A stretch of 64,000 bases of DNA from NCBI RefSeq assembly GCF_037042905.1, contig NC_087245.1, positions 12,524,001-12,588,000 of the forward strand. The letters run 5' to 3'. The first letter of the stretch is position 1. Each line of letters opens with the position of its first letter. The DNA comes from Lytechinus pictus. Taxonomy: Eukaryota. The notes below the pieces were generated by a model. The model did no database searches. It saw nothing but the letters and a program-made list of their open reading frames with translations, and had not been told where the DNA came from. Of this stretch, positions 41,425 to 53,450 are shown in pieces. The translations under genes were made by a program, and so were the position numbers.

Positions 41425-43959
41425 CCTACCAAGTTGCTGCACCGAGCTCTAAGCTAATAGGGTTTAAACATTTCTACGTTATTGCCCTTTGTTATGCAAC
41501 GAGGATCTAAAATGTCAAGGAGTATTTGCTCCTTATCACTTATCTCTCTCCTCAGCAAATTGACATTGTAATAAAACCATATAATTACAAGCATGTAACC
41601 CATAGTCGGTAAATAACAAGTTACGATGTGTGATTTTCTGCTTCGAAACCTTGTAGAGTGAGTGCCATTGAAACCGCCAAAGATTATTGGCTTCATGGAG
41701 CAAAACGTCGATTGTAAGTTCTCTTACCAAGTACTGTAAATCTTGTAGTATATCCCCAATATATACCAGGAAATGTATTATACTATTGTGAATTGAGTGT
41801 AAGAGGATTCGAATTTCTTTGTAACTTTTTAGATGTTCGAAAACATGTAAAAGAAAAACTAAAGGAAACGAACGTCATTACATAAAATTCTTTATTTCCA
41901 AGAATTAATTCAGCTGTTATTATTGACATAAAACATGGTTTGAATATGACTTACGGATAGCGATTTGTTACATGTAACTATAACTGCACATGTACATCTG
42001 CAATGACGGAAAGATGTTAAATTTGAATATAAACAGACATTCAAAGACTATAAATACAAATTATCCGAATCATGAGTGTAATAAATTACAATTAAAAGCA
42101 AACATATAATTAAATAGTACCCTGCATATAAGCTCTTATCTTTCAGTGATTTCCAGTATTCTTACATTCTTTTATTACTTTATTAAACACATCAAAATCA
42201 AACATTTCAATTGAAAGAATATTAAACTATATTACACAGTGCCTCGTACCTAGAATTTCAAAAAGCATCCGTAAAATGAAATCGTATTTATCCGCGAAAT
42301 GTGAACTTCCTCTCCCTTTTACCTCAGAAACAAAACATGATAAAGAACAACAAAAATATCTCAACCACCACAGATCTTTTGTGCTTAGACACAAACAAAT
42401 CATGGCCAAGAATCATTGCACTATTTTTCTGAGCTGCAACTCATGATGTTTTCTATTTTCAGCAAATGAAAAATGGCGCCCTATCTCGGACAACACGCAG
42501 ACGGTCAACTCCGTGTGAAATTAAAGTGGCGTCTTTTTCGTCGCGTTTATAAACTTTCAGTGCACTACGGGGACGAATTCCAAATACCAAGCCTATATTC
42601 CAATAAACGAACGATCTCACTGATGGCTCCTTTCTTTCATTTTGATTGAGTTGTGATAATCTTTAGGTGTAATAAAACTGGAGGAAATGCTGTGGAATGA
42701 AAAAAAAGTAAGGCGGAATTGAAAATAAGAAAATAAAATAATGTTGAGTATATAAGGTAAATATCAGCCCATGCGCGGAGAGAGGGCGAAAATTACTCTT
42801 CATTTCGTAAACTGGTTTTCGCAATTTTCATATTAGTTTTAAATCAGAATGTGTTTTGATGTAATAACTCGATGGTGTCAAGGTATAGTGTTGTTCTGTA
42901 CTTGTTTTATTGATTACTCGAATATGTAAATAAACTTTGGTTTTAGCTACATTCTATCTTCTCCATCTTATGTTCTTTCCTTACCCCAACCCATCTCTTT
43001 TTGTCCCCTTCTCTTTTTCCCTCATCTCCCTATCTCTTTCCCTTTGTATCCGACTACTTTCTCTCTTTGTTCATTTTCTATCAAAATGAAACATTGAAGA
43101 AATAGAGTTGGAAAATATATTCCACCTTGGAACTGAAGCCAGTCCTACTATAAACAAAAACAATATAGAGCAAACTAGGAAAGCTTTTAATCGTTTATGG
43201 ACAGCTATGATTGATCTTTCTATGACGCATTCCCAATTTTGATAACTGGTTCTGCATGATTAGATTTCAATTTTGCTAATACCGAGTCCCGTCATTAATA
43301 TCGCCTGTTGTTGCTAAATCACTTCATATCATCGGCAAACCCAGTTTTATCAATAATTGTAATGAATGTTTTATAATCCACATAGGGTGTTGCAAGAACA
43401 ACCACGTTTTCATTCCACCTCTCCTTCTCTATTTCTTTGTCCCTTGTTTCCCCACCCCCATGTTTAGCTGTCTATTTTGTTACTCCTTTTCTATCGGTCT
43501 TTTATCTATCACTCAAACAGTATTTTTAAGCATGTCTGGAAATTATACGGCCGCTTCATGTTGTTAAACATAATCTGTAACCTCCTAAGTTATTGTTATT
43601 TATTCGACACATTTAATGCTCTATGTTATCCGGCGAAAATGAAATCCCTTCTAATTCAGTAAAATTTATTTCACCTCAATAACTTAAAAAGAACTAACTA
43701 CATGATAATGTTAGGAGCACACACTATGAAGTGCAGCAGTCTAAATTATGTTCACAGTTATTAAAGATGGTTGAATCGTTCTCCATCGCGAATAATATTT
43801 TCACAAGACACAACCATATTTCACGGCACACCCTATAGCATTCTCTCCTCTCTTCCCGAAGCATATTTTCCGACTTTTAAATACCATCCCACCAAAATAA
43901 AATGCAATAATCATCCAACCCGAACGCCTATTGTTCGGACCCGCATTATCAATTTTTAC

Positions 43960-44545
43960 CTAATTGATATTAGGCTCCATGACCGCGAATTTGTGACTGT
44001 ACAACTGGGAGGAGATAGCACAATAAATATACACCAAGCGTTTGCACTTTTCCAGGGGTCAAATACGTTGGATAGTCTCGGCACAAGCCATCGTGGTTTG
44101 TTGTAATCTTTGTGCTAATTATTATATTGTAGCAAGATGACTCCCGTCGTTGGTACATCGTGTTCCCTGGTCATGTTTGTATAATAGGGAAATATGTCAA
44201 GAATGTCTCTATAGATTGTGGCTGTCATTGCCTCGTTGTGCAAGTATATGAAAATTAATTTTCCATTTCCGGCAAGTCCAGATAGACATTGAAAGGATAA
44301 CTTCAGCATGGATGTTTTGATGTCTGTAACATTCTGGGTGAGTGGAGAATCATGAAAATTATCGTTTTGAAATGGAACTGGCATATATATTTGTTTATAA
44401 CACATCATTCAATGACGTAAGCAATTCTGGTGGGATACTTACATCCCCTTACATCATGGACCTGCTATATGCTTACATCTTCTGTAGCCGCACTCAGTGA
44501 TGATTTTGACGTGAATTTTTGATGATGAAAAGAATTTCAGCTCAT
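43960..44545 (-). mobile_element. Decayed Tc1/mariner transposase relic
   Basis: Translation GNGKLIFI...MTATIYRDIL...GVILLQYNN*HKD...WL...VFDPW resembles the Tc1 DDE region (GxGxLxFIxGxMxAxxYxDIL...FQQDNxxxH...WL...VLxWP); stops present and the catalytic D is lost. Confidence 0.5.
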
Positions 44546-46092
44546 TTTATTGTGAAGGTACCCCAAGGTACTTAATTACCCCTCTGAGCTTGAAACAACA
44601 GTGTTGATTTAAAATACATACATAGGTGTAATAGAGTTTACTGTTGACATAAATTTCGTCTGATGAACTCAGAATTTAGTGATATCGAACACAGTATTCA
44701 TAGGCCTATCATGGATTTAAAGGGTCATAACATATTTACAATAATACTATAATAAGTTAAAGCATTATGTCCACAGACGAGCATGGTGAGCTTTGTGAAA
44801 ATGATCTAAGTCTCGTTATATTTCTCATAAATTGTCGTTATACATCTTTTTGACATTCGATCACTCCTTTCATCATCTCTCCACTAATTTTCTTGGTTGC
44901 AACGGCCCACTCTTATCTTTCTCTCCGATGTCTACGAATAATTTGTAATCAACGTATACATGTATTATATTATAATCATGTCCATGTTATGTAGTGTTCA
45001 CCTGAATTTTTTTGTTATTATTTTATTTTGTTAATTTTTCTTTGTATGGCAAGAATTGACAAGTGTATACAATTATCCTTGTTAGCGGACACAGTAAATG
45101 AAATAAAATGAATACTTTCTTCTTGCATATCACCCGACCCCCTGAACACCGCTTGTTCTAATGATTTATTTCCCAGGATGGGAGGGGGTCTTCCCCACCA
45201 TCCTTTGCTACGCCATCCTGTAAGATAAGACCATGAACCCTAAGACCATCCCTCCTGATCATTCTGATCGTACCAGCCCTTGACTCCCCGTGAAGTCCCG
45301 TCGTATGTCATGTTCTATTACGCTCCCCGTTGAGAGAACGCGTCAGCACGACTGGGTCGAACAAATTTACTCCTCTTCTCGAAACAGTATCAACCTTCTC
45401 CAGCCAATTTTTATTTTCCCGTCATAAAGTCAACAGACTCTTGGTTGAGCGGCAGGTGGGGACTAACATTGCCTTCAAACTCTTATAACCATCTCGCAGC
45501 AGTGTTCTTTTATGGACATTTTTGTTTGATTCGCTGGTGCCGCGACTTGACCTCATCAAAGTTTTATTCCTGACCATAACCTCGCCACAAGACGGGAATA
45601 CGACTCGGTTTTATTACTCGGTGTGAAATGGTGACTCACTAGGCCAATTCATGCACATTCAGGGGCAAAATGATGCCTCGATATAATGGTCCTGTTCTAT
45701 CCATTAGAGATGGCGCTGTTCAAAATAAAGAAATATCACCATTCAATTTGGATGTGGGTGTATTCCTTAATATTGTATATATGCTGATATGCTGTGTCAG
45801 GAAACCCCAAAGTAGTAAGCAATTATGTTACTATCAGCATCAGATAACTCGATTCGTCTTAGGTAGGCCAACCATTCTTACCAGTTTAGAAATGAAAACT
45901 AGTGTTCATAACGTTTATTTTAATGACATTTCCATCCTCACAATTTGATTATAAACATAAATTATCAGGAAGTATATATAGCAAACGAATGCAAGTTTCT
46001 CATTTTATCTTGATAGTGATTTAAAGTTGCAACACTAAGCCACGAATATAAATTTTATTTATAATATGCCTATCGCCCTTCTTTGATTACAG

Positions 46093-46693
46093 ACCACAAT
46101 GCCCTCCGATACAGAGGAACCACTTACATCCATCTCACCAACAAAGATACCAATGAATGATACAGTCACACAAACAGATGGGTGCATGACGGGAGTTTAC
46201 TCCGCCACCGGTGAATGTTGCGAATCGTGTCCGATTGGCTTCGGCGTTCATCGGAAATGTTCGGACCCCAACGCCACCAACACGATCTGTACAGTCTGTG
46301 AACCAGGCATAACGTTCTCCTCCGTCACAAGTCACGTGATGCTGTGTCAACCCTGCACAAGATGTAGCCACAATGAGGTGATGACGTCAGCATGCAGCAT
46401 CATGCAAGACACGGTGTGCGAATGTGCGCCGAACTACTTCCGAACGGATCCACAGACCGGTGACTCGGCACCTGGCCCCACATCGGCATGCAGCCAGTGT
46501 ATGTTTTGTCCTCCTGGGTTCGGCGCGGCAGTTCCATGTTCTCCTCGACAAAGCTCTCAGTGTCAAATATGTGCGAATGGGACCTACTCGGATATCGTCA
46601 GCTCGACCGAAGGGTGTAGGAAGTGTTCTGTTTGTAATGAAGGCAGCATCGTACTCAAGCGTTGTACTGATATATCAGACACCGTCTGTTCAG
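46093..46693 (+). CDS. NGFR: p75NTR/NGFR coding exon 2 (S/T/P-rich leader + four TNFR cysteine-rich domains)
   Basis: Acceptor TTGATTACAG| at 46092. CMTGVYSATGECCESCPIGFGV...ITFSSVTS...GTYSD...DTVCS parallels vertebrate p75 CPTGLYTHSGECCKAC...VTFSDVVS...GTYSD. Donor CAG|GTATCT, phase 1. Confidence 0.95.
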
Positions 46694-47554
46694 GTATCTA
46701 TAATTCATATAAAGCAATATACCCTAGTCCTTCCAATGTAAAGACCGATGCAAGACAGACGCGAGAACATTTTTTATTTTGCCTTTTGCCTCCCAGGCCA
46801 CAGACAACGCAAAACAAATTTAGTCATAATAATTGATTTAACTGATTCACATTACCCCTCAGCGTCATCCTGCAAAAATCATATCACCACGATTTCCAAA
46901 AAAGAAAGGAAGACAAGTAATAAAGGAAACATAACATTCTAATAAATGGAAGATATTCAGTTAAGCACCCTAAACATACATTAAGTGGCAATTTTTTTAT
47001 AGCATATAATGAGAAAGTTGCATAAATAGTACTTATTAGCATTTTACACCCTTCTTGACGATCACATATCGTAAATCTTGTAAATTAGAAATTTCGTATT
47101 TTGGGGTCGTCTATTTCCTTCGTCACCAATGAATTAGGCAGCATTTGTCTTCATGTAACCATGTCTGATACCCTTATTTTGATACACGCTGAGCAGCCCT
47201 TTGTATCATTAAATTCACTGAATCAACCGAGTGGTATCCTCACTATGTTATAGCCCAGGATCAAAGTCCAGGCTACACAAAATTTTTAATCCAATGTTTC
47301 TATGGAAGGTTTAATAAAATCATACCGAATAATTTTTCATCGTCATTCATATGATATTAATACTTCTTTTATGTTCTACCTCATTTGAAAGTATTTTCAG
47401 GAATCTTTTCACTGCAAAAGTATAATCCTTAGCATTCATGATGATGAATAATAGGGAACTTGTACTTCATGAAAGTTTCTATTATAAAACTGGTTTCACT
47501 TGATCAACGCGGAGGCAATACCATTTTTTTTTGTAATTTCTTACTTATGCACAG

Positions 47555-47771
47555 ATACATACATACCTTCAATCACCGACAGACCACAGAATGATAAAAT
47601 GACGACGACGACATGGATACCGAAATCAAACACGAAATCGTCAGGTTTCAGCGTCGTACCCATCTTCTGTACTCTTCTCGGACTCGTCATCTTCGGTCTG
47701 CTTGCTTACGTCATCTTCAAGAAATGGTCGTTTAAGAAGATGAAGCTGAGACAGACTCAGAAAATGACAAG
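47555..47771 (+). CDS. NGFR: p75NTR/NGFR coding exon 3 (stalk + transmembrane helix)
   Basis: Acceptor TGCACAG|; VVPIFCTLLGLVIFGLLAYVIFKKW aligns with p75 LIPVYCSILAAVVVGLVAYIAFKRW; donor AAG|GTTTGT, phase 2. Confidence 0.95.
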
Positions 47772-47844
47772 GTTTGTAGTCATAACAATATGGCATTTTA
47801 GCAACACTTCGCAGACGCTTTCCAAACACTGATTATCTTTGTCA

Positions 47845-48030
47845 AAGCCCTTTATAACAAAGCAGCCTTTGTCGAAAATTGGTGAATCAAAACAGCAATG
47901 TCGTCCTGGACCCTGGACAAACGACATATTTGCCATTTTTCATCCGGTCCGAATCTTAAGACGATGTGCTCTCCCGGTCCACCAACTTCCGATGATGACA
48001 TTTAATCTGTCCATTGTGATTTGACGGGCA
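47845..48030. mobile_element. Palindromic repeat element, intron-3 copy (paralogue of 50135-50326)
   Basis: Shares CTTTGTCGAAAAT.GGTGAA...CAAACGACAT...ATTTGACGGGCATTTT with the 3' copy. Confidence 0.7.
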
Positions 48031-48667
48031 TTTTGAATAGAATACTAAACGTTGCAGAAAGCGTCTGTGAAGTGGATGCTAAAATACGCTCTTGCCACCA
48101 AAAATGGACATATCGTCTGTCATTCATAATAATGCAATATCTTTGAATGGTCTGCACTCAGTTTTATTGGTACCATGAAATTGCTTTAAGGAAGGTTGGA
48201 GAACTATGAAAACGTAAATAGAGTGTCAATCCATGGAAATATTCTATGCGCTGCGAGGATAGCATTGTCCTGTTCACATGACCAAAAACTTTTTGTCTGA
48301 ATAGTATCAGAAAAATCGGCAAGAGTGAATGTTGCTGCGTTCCTATATGCGTTCGTCTCCAAAGGTATACCGTCGTGAATCGTCAAGTCGCTATACGAGG
48401 GGGTAACGAGAATCAGATCTGATCGGTGATGGTTCAAAACTCAATGTTAAATATGTGGTATTTAAGTTCACCCATCCGGGTTCCAAGTAATATTTCACAG
48501 GATAACGTTTGAAAATAATGAAATCATTGAAACCAAATAGATAATGAGATTTAAATGAGAATCAATGCGTTTTAAAATAAAATAAAATAAAGCTCATTTT
48601 TTCTCAAAAACGACCCCATCCCATCTTGCACCTTTTTTCATGCTCTTTTTTATACTCAACCATGCAG

Positions 48668-48807
48668 GTCCAGTTCTTGTCATACTGATATTGAAGGAAA
48701 CACTATCTCCATTCTATCTCTAAAGAATGGTCACAACTATACATCTCGGGACTCGGCATTAGATAGGTCAGGTATTGGCAGCATCTGTAGACAACCGCTC
48801 ATGGCAG
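48668..48807 (+). CDS. NGFR: p75NTR/NGFR coding exon 4 (cytoplasmic juxtamembrane region)
   Basis: Pyrimidine tract + CATGCAG| acceptor; 140 nt open in the required frame (SSSCHTDIEG...RSGIGSICRQPLMA); donor CAG|GTAAGC. It converts phase 2 to phase 1 as needed to join exons 3 and 5. Confidence 0.85.
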
Positions 48808-49413
48808 GTAAGCATCTAGACACCAGAATCATTTTTTTTTCAAATAGCCTTTTTTTATCCTGATAGCTCATCTAACATGATTGACACCGGTCTACTTTGA
48901 TGAACGTCACTCTGGTAATTGCCGACCTGAACACTATGAACATGTGCAAAATGAGGCAAAGCACTGTTGAACAAGGAAGTTAGATCCTGATCTTTTTGCC
49001 AATATCTTGATTGAATCTGATAAAGTTGATCAGTTCGGTAGTGGGAAATTAGCGTAAGCATCCAAAATATTTTTGGGAATGTACGAATGTTCGACATTTT
49101 TGCTATTGTTTCTTCATCAGTTTCTACGTTTAATGATTTCTCAATTCTAGCTTTGGACTGTTTTTCTTGAATCCATTATTCGGAGACTATACCCATAAAG
49201 CCGAATGGTGACACATCCTCGAAAACTTGTTCTCGGACACGTTCTCGGATTTACGCCATCAGACGGAATGGCGCGAATAGTTGGCAAGAATTTGCAAACT
49301 TTCTGTCTAACATAAACGGAAGAAGTTCTACATTTTTTAGAACATAAATGAAGTCTCGTCCACCATATTTCCTGTTCAGTCATTCCTACCATTTAATTTC
49401 ATTTACTTTTCAG

Positions 49414-49742
49414 TTCCAAGTGCGATGCCATATCAGCAGTTACCCTCAGATAAACGTCACGAGGTCGAACGCTCTCTTTCAGTCTCGAGAATGGACGGTC
49501 GTGATTGGCGAGGTTTGGCCCGGGAACTAGGATTTTCAGATCTAGACATCGTTCATATCGCCCAAACATGTACAGCATCAACACCACCAGCCAGGGCCTT
49601 GTTTATTGCCTTGCATAGCAGAGATACCAAACGCGCAACCGTTGGAACGATTGTGGAAGCGCTCAGGAGAATACGACGAAATGACGTTGCCGATTTAATA
49701 CCAGTTTTCACTTATAGCGCTTACCACTTTCCAGGTTCATGA
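49414..49742 (+). CDS. NGFR: p75NTR/NGFR coding exon 5 (death domain)
   Basis: Acceptor TACTTTTCAG|. YQQLPSDKRHEVERSL...DWRGLARELGF...EALRRIRRNDVADLI matches the p75 death domain (YSSLPPAKREEVEKLL...TWRHLAGELGY...AALRRIQRADLVESL). TGA at 49740-49742. Confidence 0.95.
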
Positions 49743-50134
49743 TGTCTGGTTTAAAACTTTTTTAATGTGAAAAGGACTTAATGTAAACAATTTCAACTTT
49801 TTTGTATATATAGGTTACAGATGGGGTTATTTTGTACTCCAAGTAAATGTTGAGTTGATATTAGGCCTCTGTATAGGTCTACTTGCCAGAGATATAAATT
49901 TATATTCACGAACGAGGCACCCTGCACTGTTTACCAAGATAATTTCTTGATATTTCTTTCTTGAAAAACCTTATTCATCCTAGTATGAAAGTGAATGATT
50001 AACGATTCTTGGAACAAAGTTTTCAGGTTGCTATGCCTAACAGGCCTCTGCCAAACTTTGAAACAATTGTTAAAAGTGAGTTTCACTCCTCGGACGTACA
50101 GAGGGTTCAAGAACATAGAAAATGTATTGTACAG

Positions 50135-50326
50135 TGCCCTTCAGTAAAAGAGCAACCAAAAAGTCTTTGTCGAAAATCGGTGAAACGAAACAGCATTTTC
50201 GTCCTTGACTCTCTGCACAAACGACATTTGTAATTTTTTGTCCGCTCCGAAACTTAGGACGAAACTGCTGTTCCAGTTTACCAATTTCCGACAAAGACCT
50301 TCTTGGTTTTTGTCATTTGACGGGCA
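50135..50326. mobile_element. Palindromic repeat element in the probable p75NTR 3' UTR
   Basis: TGCCC...GTCTTTGTCGAAAATCGGTGAAAC...ACAGCATTTTCGTCCT is inverted against AGGACGAAACTGCTGT...GTTTACCAATTTCCGACAAAGAC...GGGCA. Confidence 0.75.
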
Positions 50327-50716
50327 TTTTCAAATCATTTACTTTGATTAAAACGTATCAATAAAAAATGAATGTTTGTTGAAATATAAATTTTACACTC
50401 AGAATGCGCTTCTGTAGAAGTTAGACGATCAGCAGAGCAGAGAAATGTTCATTGAATGATGTTTGATCCAGGACGGTAGCTCATAAACTGGCTTTCCTTT
50501 TGCATGACGGATGCTTCTGATCTCCAACGATGAAATTATTCTATACATGCTGATGTCTCATCAATCTTCTAGTTTTGGCAACTTTTTCGGGATGAATCAG
50601 CGTTGTGCCGAAAATGATAACATGATCATGTAAACGGAGGCTTATACGCGAATAAAGGAGCATGAAAATTCTCCATGTTTAGTTTCTCATGGTATCATTC
50701 AGACATATTATACATT

Positions 50717-50897
50717 CAGGTGGGTGTTTCGTGAAACTGTTAAAGTTACGCACGACTGGAACATGTTCTTAGGTCATAAATCAATTACATAGGGATATCA
50801 CATTGCACAAGAAAGGATACCAGTCGTTCGTAAAGTCATTCGTGTCGTTCGTAAAGTCATTCGTATCTTACGAACAGCTTTATGAAACGCCCACCTG
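50717..50897. mobile_element. MITE with ~25-bp TIRs and an internal 21-bp tandem duplication
   Basis: CAGGTGGGTGTTTCGTGAAACTGTT ... AACAGCTTTATGAAACGCCCACCTG; GTCGTTCGTAAAGTCATTCGT occurs twice at 50823-50864. Confidence 0.8.
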
Positions 50898-51939
50898 GTG
50901 TGATGTCACTAGAGCATGTTCGCATGGATCCCTCTTTTCTACCAGTTACCGTCACCCTCTGCGTACCCCTCTCCCTTATGATAAAGGCTAATTAACATTA
51001 TGGTACCCAATAGGGATTATTTAGTCATACTACGCCTTATGAATATTCAGGGTTCATGAGAACAGAATATAGCGTAATTTCCAACGCAGCGATATTAAAC
51101 TTGCCTGGTGTGGTGCGATCGGTGAAACGGTGCGCTATTGTCATGATTGCGAGTTTACTGTAGTCAAGATCAATGACGCAGATTGGATAAAAGTTTTCTT
51201 CATTAAAAAAATGAGACAAGACTGGATATAAAAAAAAGTCCTGACAATTTGTAGTCCGATTCAAAGCATCGAAAATAGTTGGCCCTTAAAGTTTTTTTTT
51301 TGGGGGGGGGGATACCCACTGTCTAGAGAGCTACCTTTCAGAAACGCAAGCTTTAAAGTGACAGTATTGGTCTGTCATATTGGGTTTTTTATTTTCTAGA
51401 TTTCCTCAGTTCACTTGTGATAACTGAATACATTCAAAGTCATATTGGATTAGTCGAGTTGCGTAATGAAAAAAAAATGCTATGCAAAGTGCTATCAACG
51501 ACGTTCTTGTATTTCAACACCATTCTATGCTAAATTGTGAACAGCATTTCCGGTATATTCATGAAGTTCATATGAAGCTCACAGCAAAAAGATCATAATA
51601 ATAATCGAGTACATTGGTGCAATCTCTTGTTTAATTGTTTATTGCAATAATTGTGTTTACTAAAGTACAACTCTATTAATCTAATCTGTAGATTAAATGA
51701 ATAAATTTTAGATGTAACGTGGAAGCGGGCAACGAAGAAGTCCTGAAAGCTTTCATAAATATCGGTTTGACGGATAAATATTAAGCATGGGATAAATGAC
51801 GTGAGTGTAATACTGAATGTATATGTAAAGTGTACAATGTAAATATCACAATTTTGTATAAATATAAACACGAGAGATCGTACTGTTTTTCAATGTGTTC
51901 AGTGTCGTTTCAAGTTAAAATAATGGATGGCATTGTGAA

Positions 51940-52146
51940 AGAGGGGAGATGAGAGGGGGAGAGGGGAGTTAAGAAAGTAGACGACAGAGAAGATATAGAG
52001 GGGAGGGGGAAGAAAGGGGAGAAGAGAGAGAGGGGGGAGGATGAGAGAGAGATAGAGGGGGAGAAGAGAAGGGGTAGAGGGATGGGAGAGGGGGATGGGA
52101 GAGACTAGTGACAAGAGAGGGGTCGAAGAAAGTGGGGGGGGGGGTA
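51940..52146. repeat. Polypurine (GA/G-rich) low-complexity tract between the convergent genes
   Basis: About 200 bp of almost exclusively G/A on the + strand. Confidence 0.9.
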
Positions 52147-52709
52147 GACATGCATGGCTTAGAACGGAGTAAATATAAAGGCGATTGAACAGTTATGGGC
52201 TAGAATAGATATATGCGAATAAGATGGAAACTCAACGCGGAGACAAGAAATAAAATGATTTAACTATAAACTATTTACAAATGGTATGACAATGTAGCTT
52301 CAAAACTCGAACATTTTTCTTTCAAGTTTTGAATCTTTTTCATTCAAAATAAAAATTTGTGAATAAAATTACATTTCAATATCCCAAACCCAGTATTTGT
52401 TCCCAAACCAAGAGGTTCTTTTAACAAAAAAAAATCACTGTTAAATAACATTCGTAGTATTCAAATGTTCGGAATGACCATTTGGAATAACAAGATGTCA
52501 TTATTAATCGAACATTTCTCGTACAGTATACAGCAGATCGTATATTTTTATCAAATTTGAGGCATAGGGATATTCTAAAAGGAACAAACAAAGCACAATA
52601 ATCCAATATTTTAGAAATTAATTCAACTTTATTGTATACAAAAAGCCATATCAAAATCCGTTTACATTTAGAGGAATGAGGAAATTACGATGATTAGTTT
52701 AGAGACTTT

Positions 52710-52814
52710 TCAGTCATTGGTTATAAAATCGTTGTCTGGTAGAGTTTCTCGAACTGACTGTCCCAATGGCATTGGGTAGCTGTGCTGCTTAGTTTTTATC
52801 CTATCCAGCTCGTC
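52710..52814 (-). CDS. Unknown secreted protein, terminal exon (coding extent is isoform-dependent)
   Basis: Acceptor TTTTTTTCTTCATTGCAG| at 52815. Phase-0 reading gives DELDRIK...FITND* (TGA 52712-52710); phase-2 reading gives TSWIG* (ends 52796). AATAAA on the - strand at 52633-52628. Confidence 0.6.
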   Translation of the reverse strand, partial: DELDRIKTKQHSYPMPLGQSVRETLPDNDFITND

Positions 52815-53106
52815 CTGCAATGAAGAAAAAAAATGGATTTAAAGAAACTTTTCGGCTCTGTTGATTTACTAATAAAATTGAACTATTTTGCCTGCTATGT
52901 ATTTTGAAGGGATTTCTTTAAATGTATGTCTAGTTGATGAATAATGAAATTATTTAACTGCTAATGGTAAATGAATATTATACAAGACTCAAGAGCTTTT
53001 GAACTATTTCCTTAATGTTTGGTTTAAAACTTAGCAGAATCGATTTATTCTCATAATTTATAAGTTATTGTTTCTATGAATATAGAAGAAAATTGTTACT
53101 TCTCAC

Positions 53107-53128
53107 CTTACTTGTCGAAACATATTCC
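53107..53128 (-). CDS. Unknown secreted protein, candidate 17/22-nt micro-exon (GICFDK)
   Basis: Acceptor TTTTTATATTCACATGTACAG|; GGA ATA TGT TTC GAC AAG TAA; two overlapping donors, CAA|GTAAGG (after 53112) and AAG|GTGAGA (after 53107). Confidence 0.5.
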
Positions 53129-53450
53129 CTGTACATGTGAATATAAAAAGCAACATTATATTAAAATCGGTGACAAATAATGAAAGAGCGAATTTTACCA
53201 TTGAATTATTTTTCAAAGAACCTGGACATGCTTTGTGATTGCTGGGCGAATTAAAATTATTAGCTCCTATTTGTTTTCAGAAATTCCATCATAGTAATAA
53301 AAATCTGGATTTTAATTCTGCCTACAAAAAAAATTAATATAAATCATTGTTTAAGTATTTAAACACAATAGACTATATCAATACATCATTTATGACTAGT
53401 ACGTTTTTCCCCTTAACGTTAAAAAGGATTATAGAACAAAAATTACTTAC

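Noticed and set aside
4446-46092. Nested protein-coding gene or known miRNA inside the large intron
   Set aside because: All listed ORFs are short, low-complexity or transposon relics; I found no phase-consistent exon chain and no recognisable conserved miRNA. Small or non-coding exons could have been missed.
46099-46836. 245-aa ORF as a stand-alone soluble TNFR-like protein
   Set aside because: No signal peptide; similarity stops at the donor at 46693 and the remainder is intron read-through. An intron-retaining soluble isoform cannot be excluded but has no support here.
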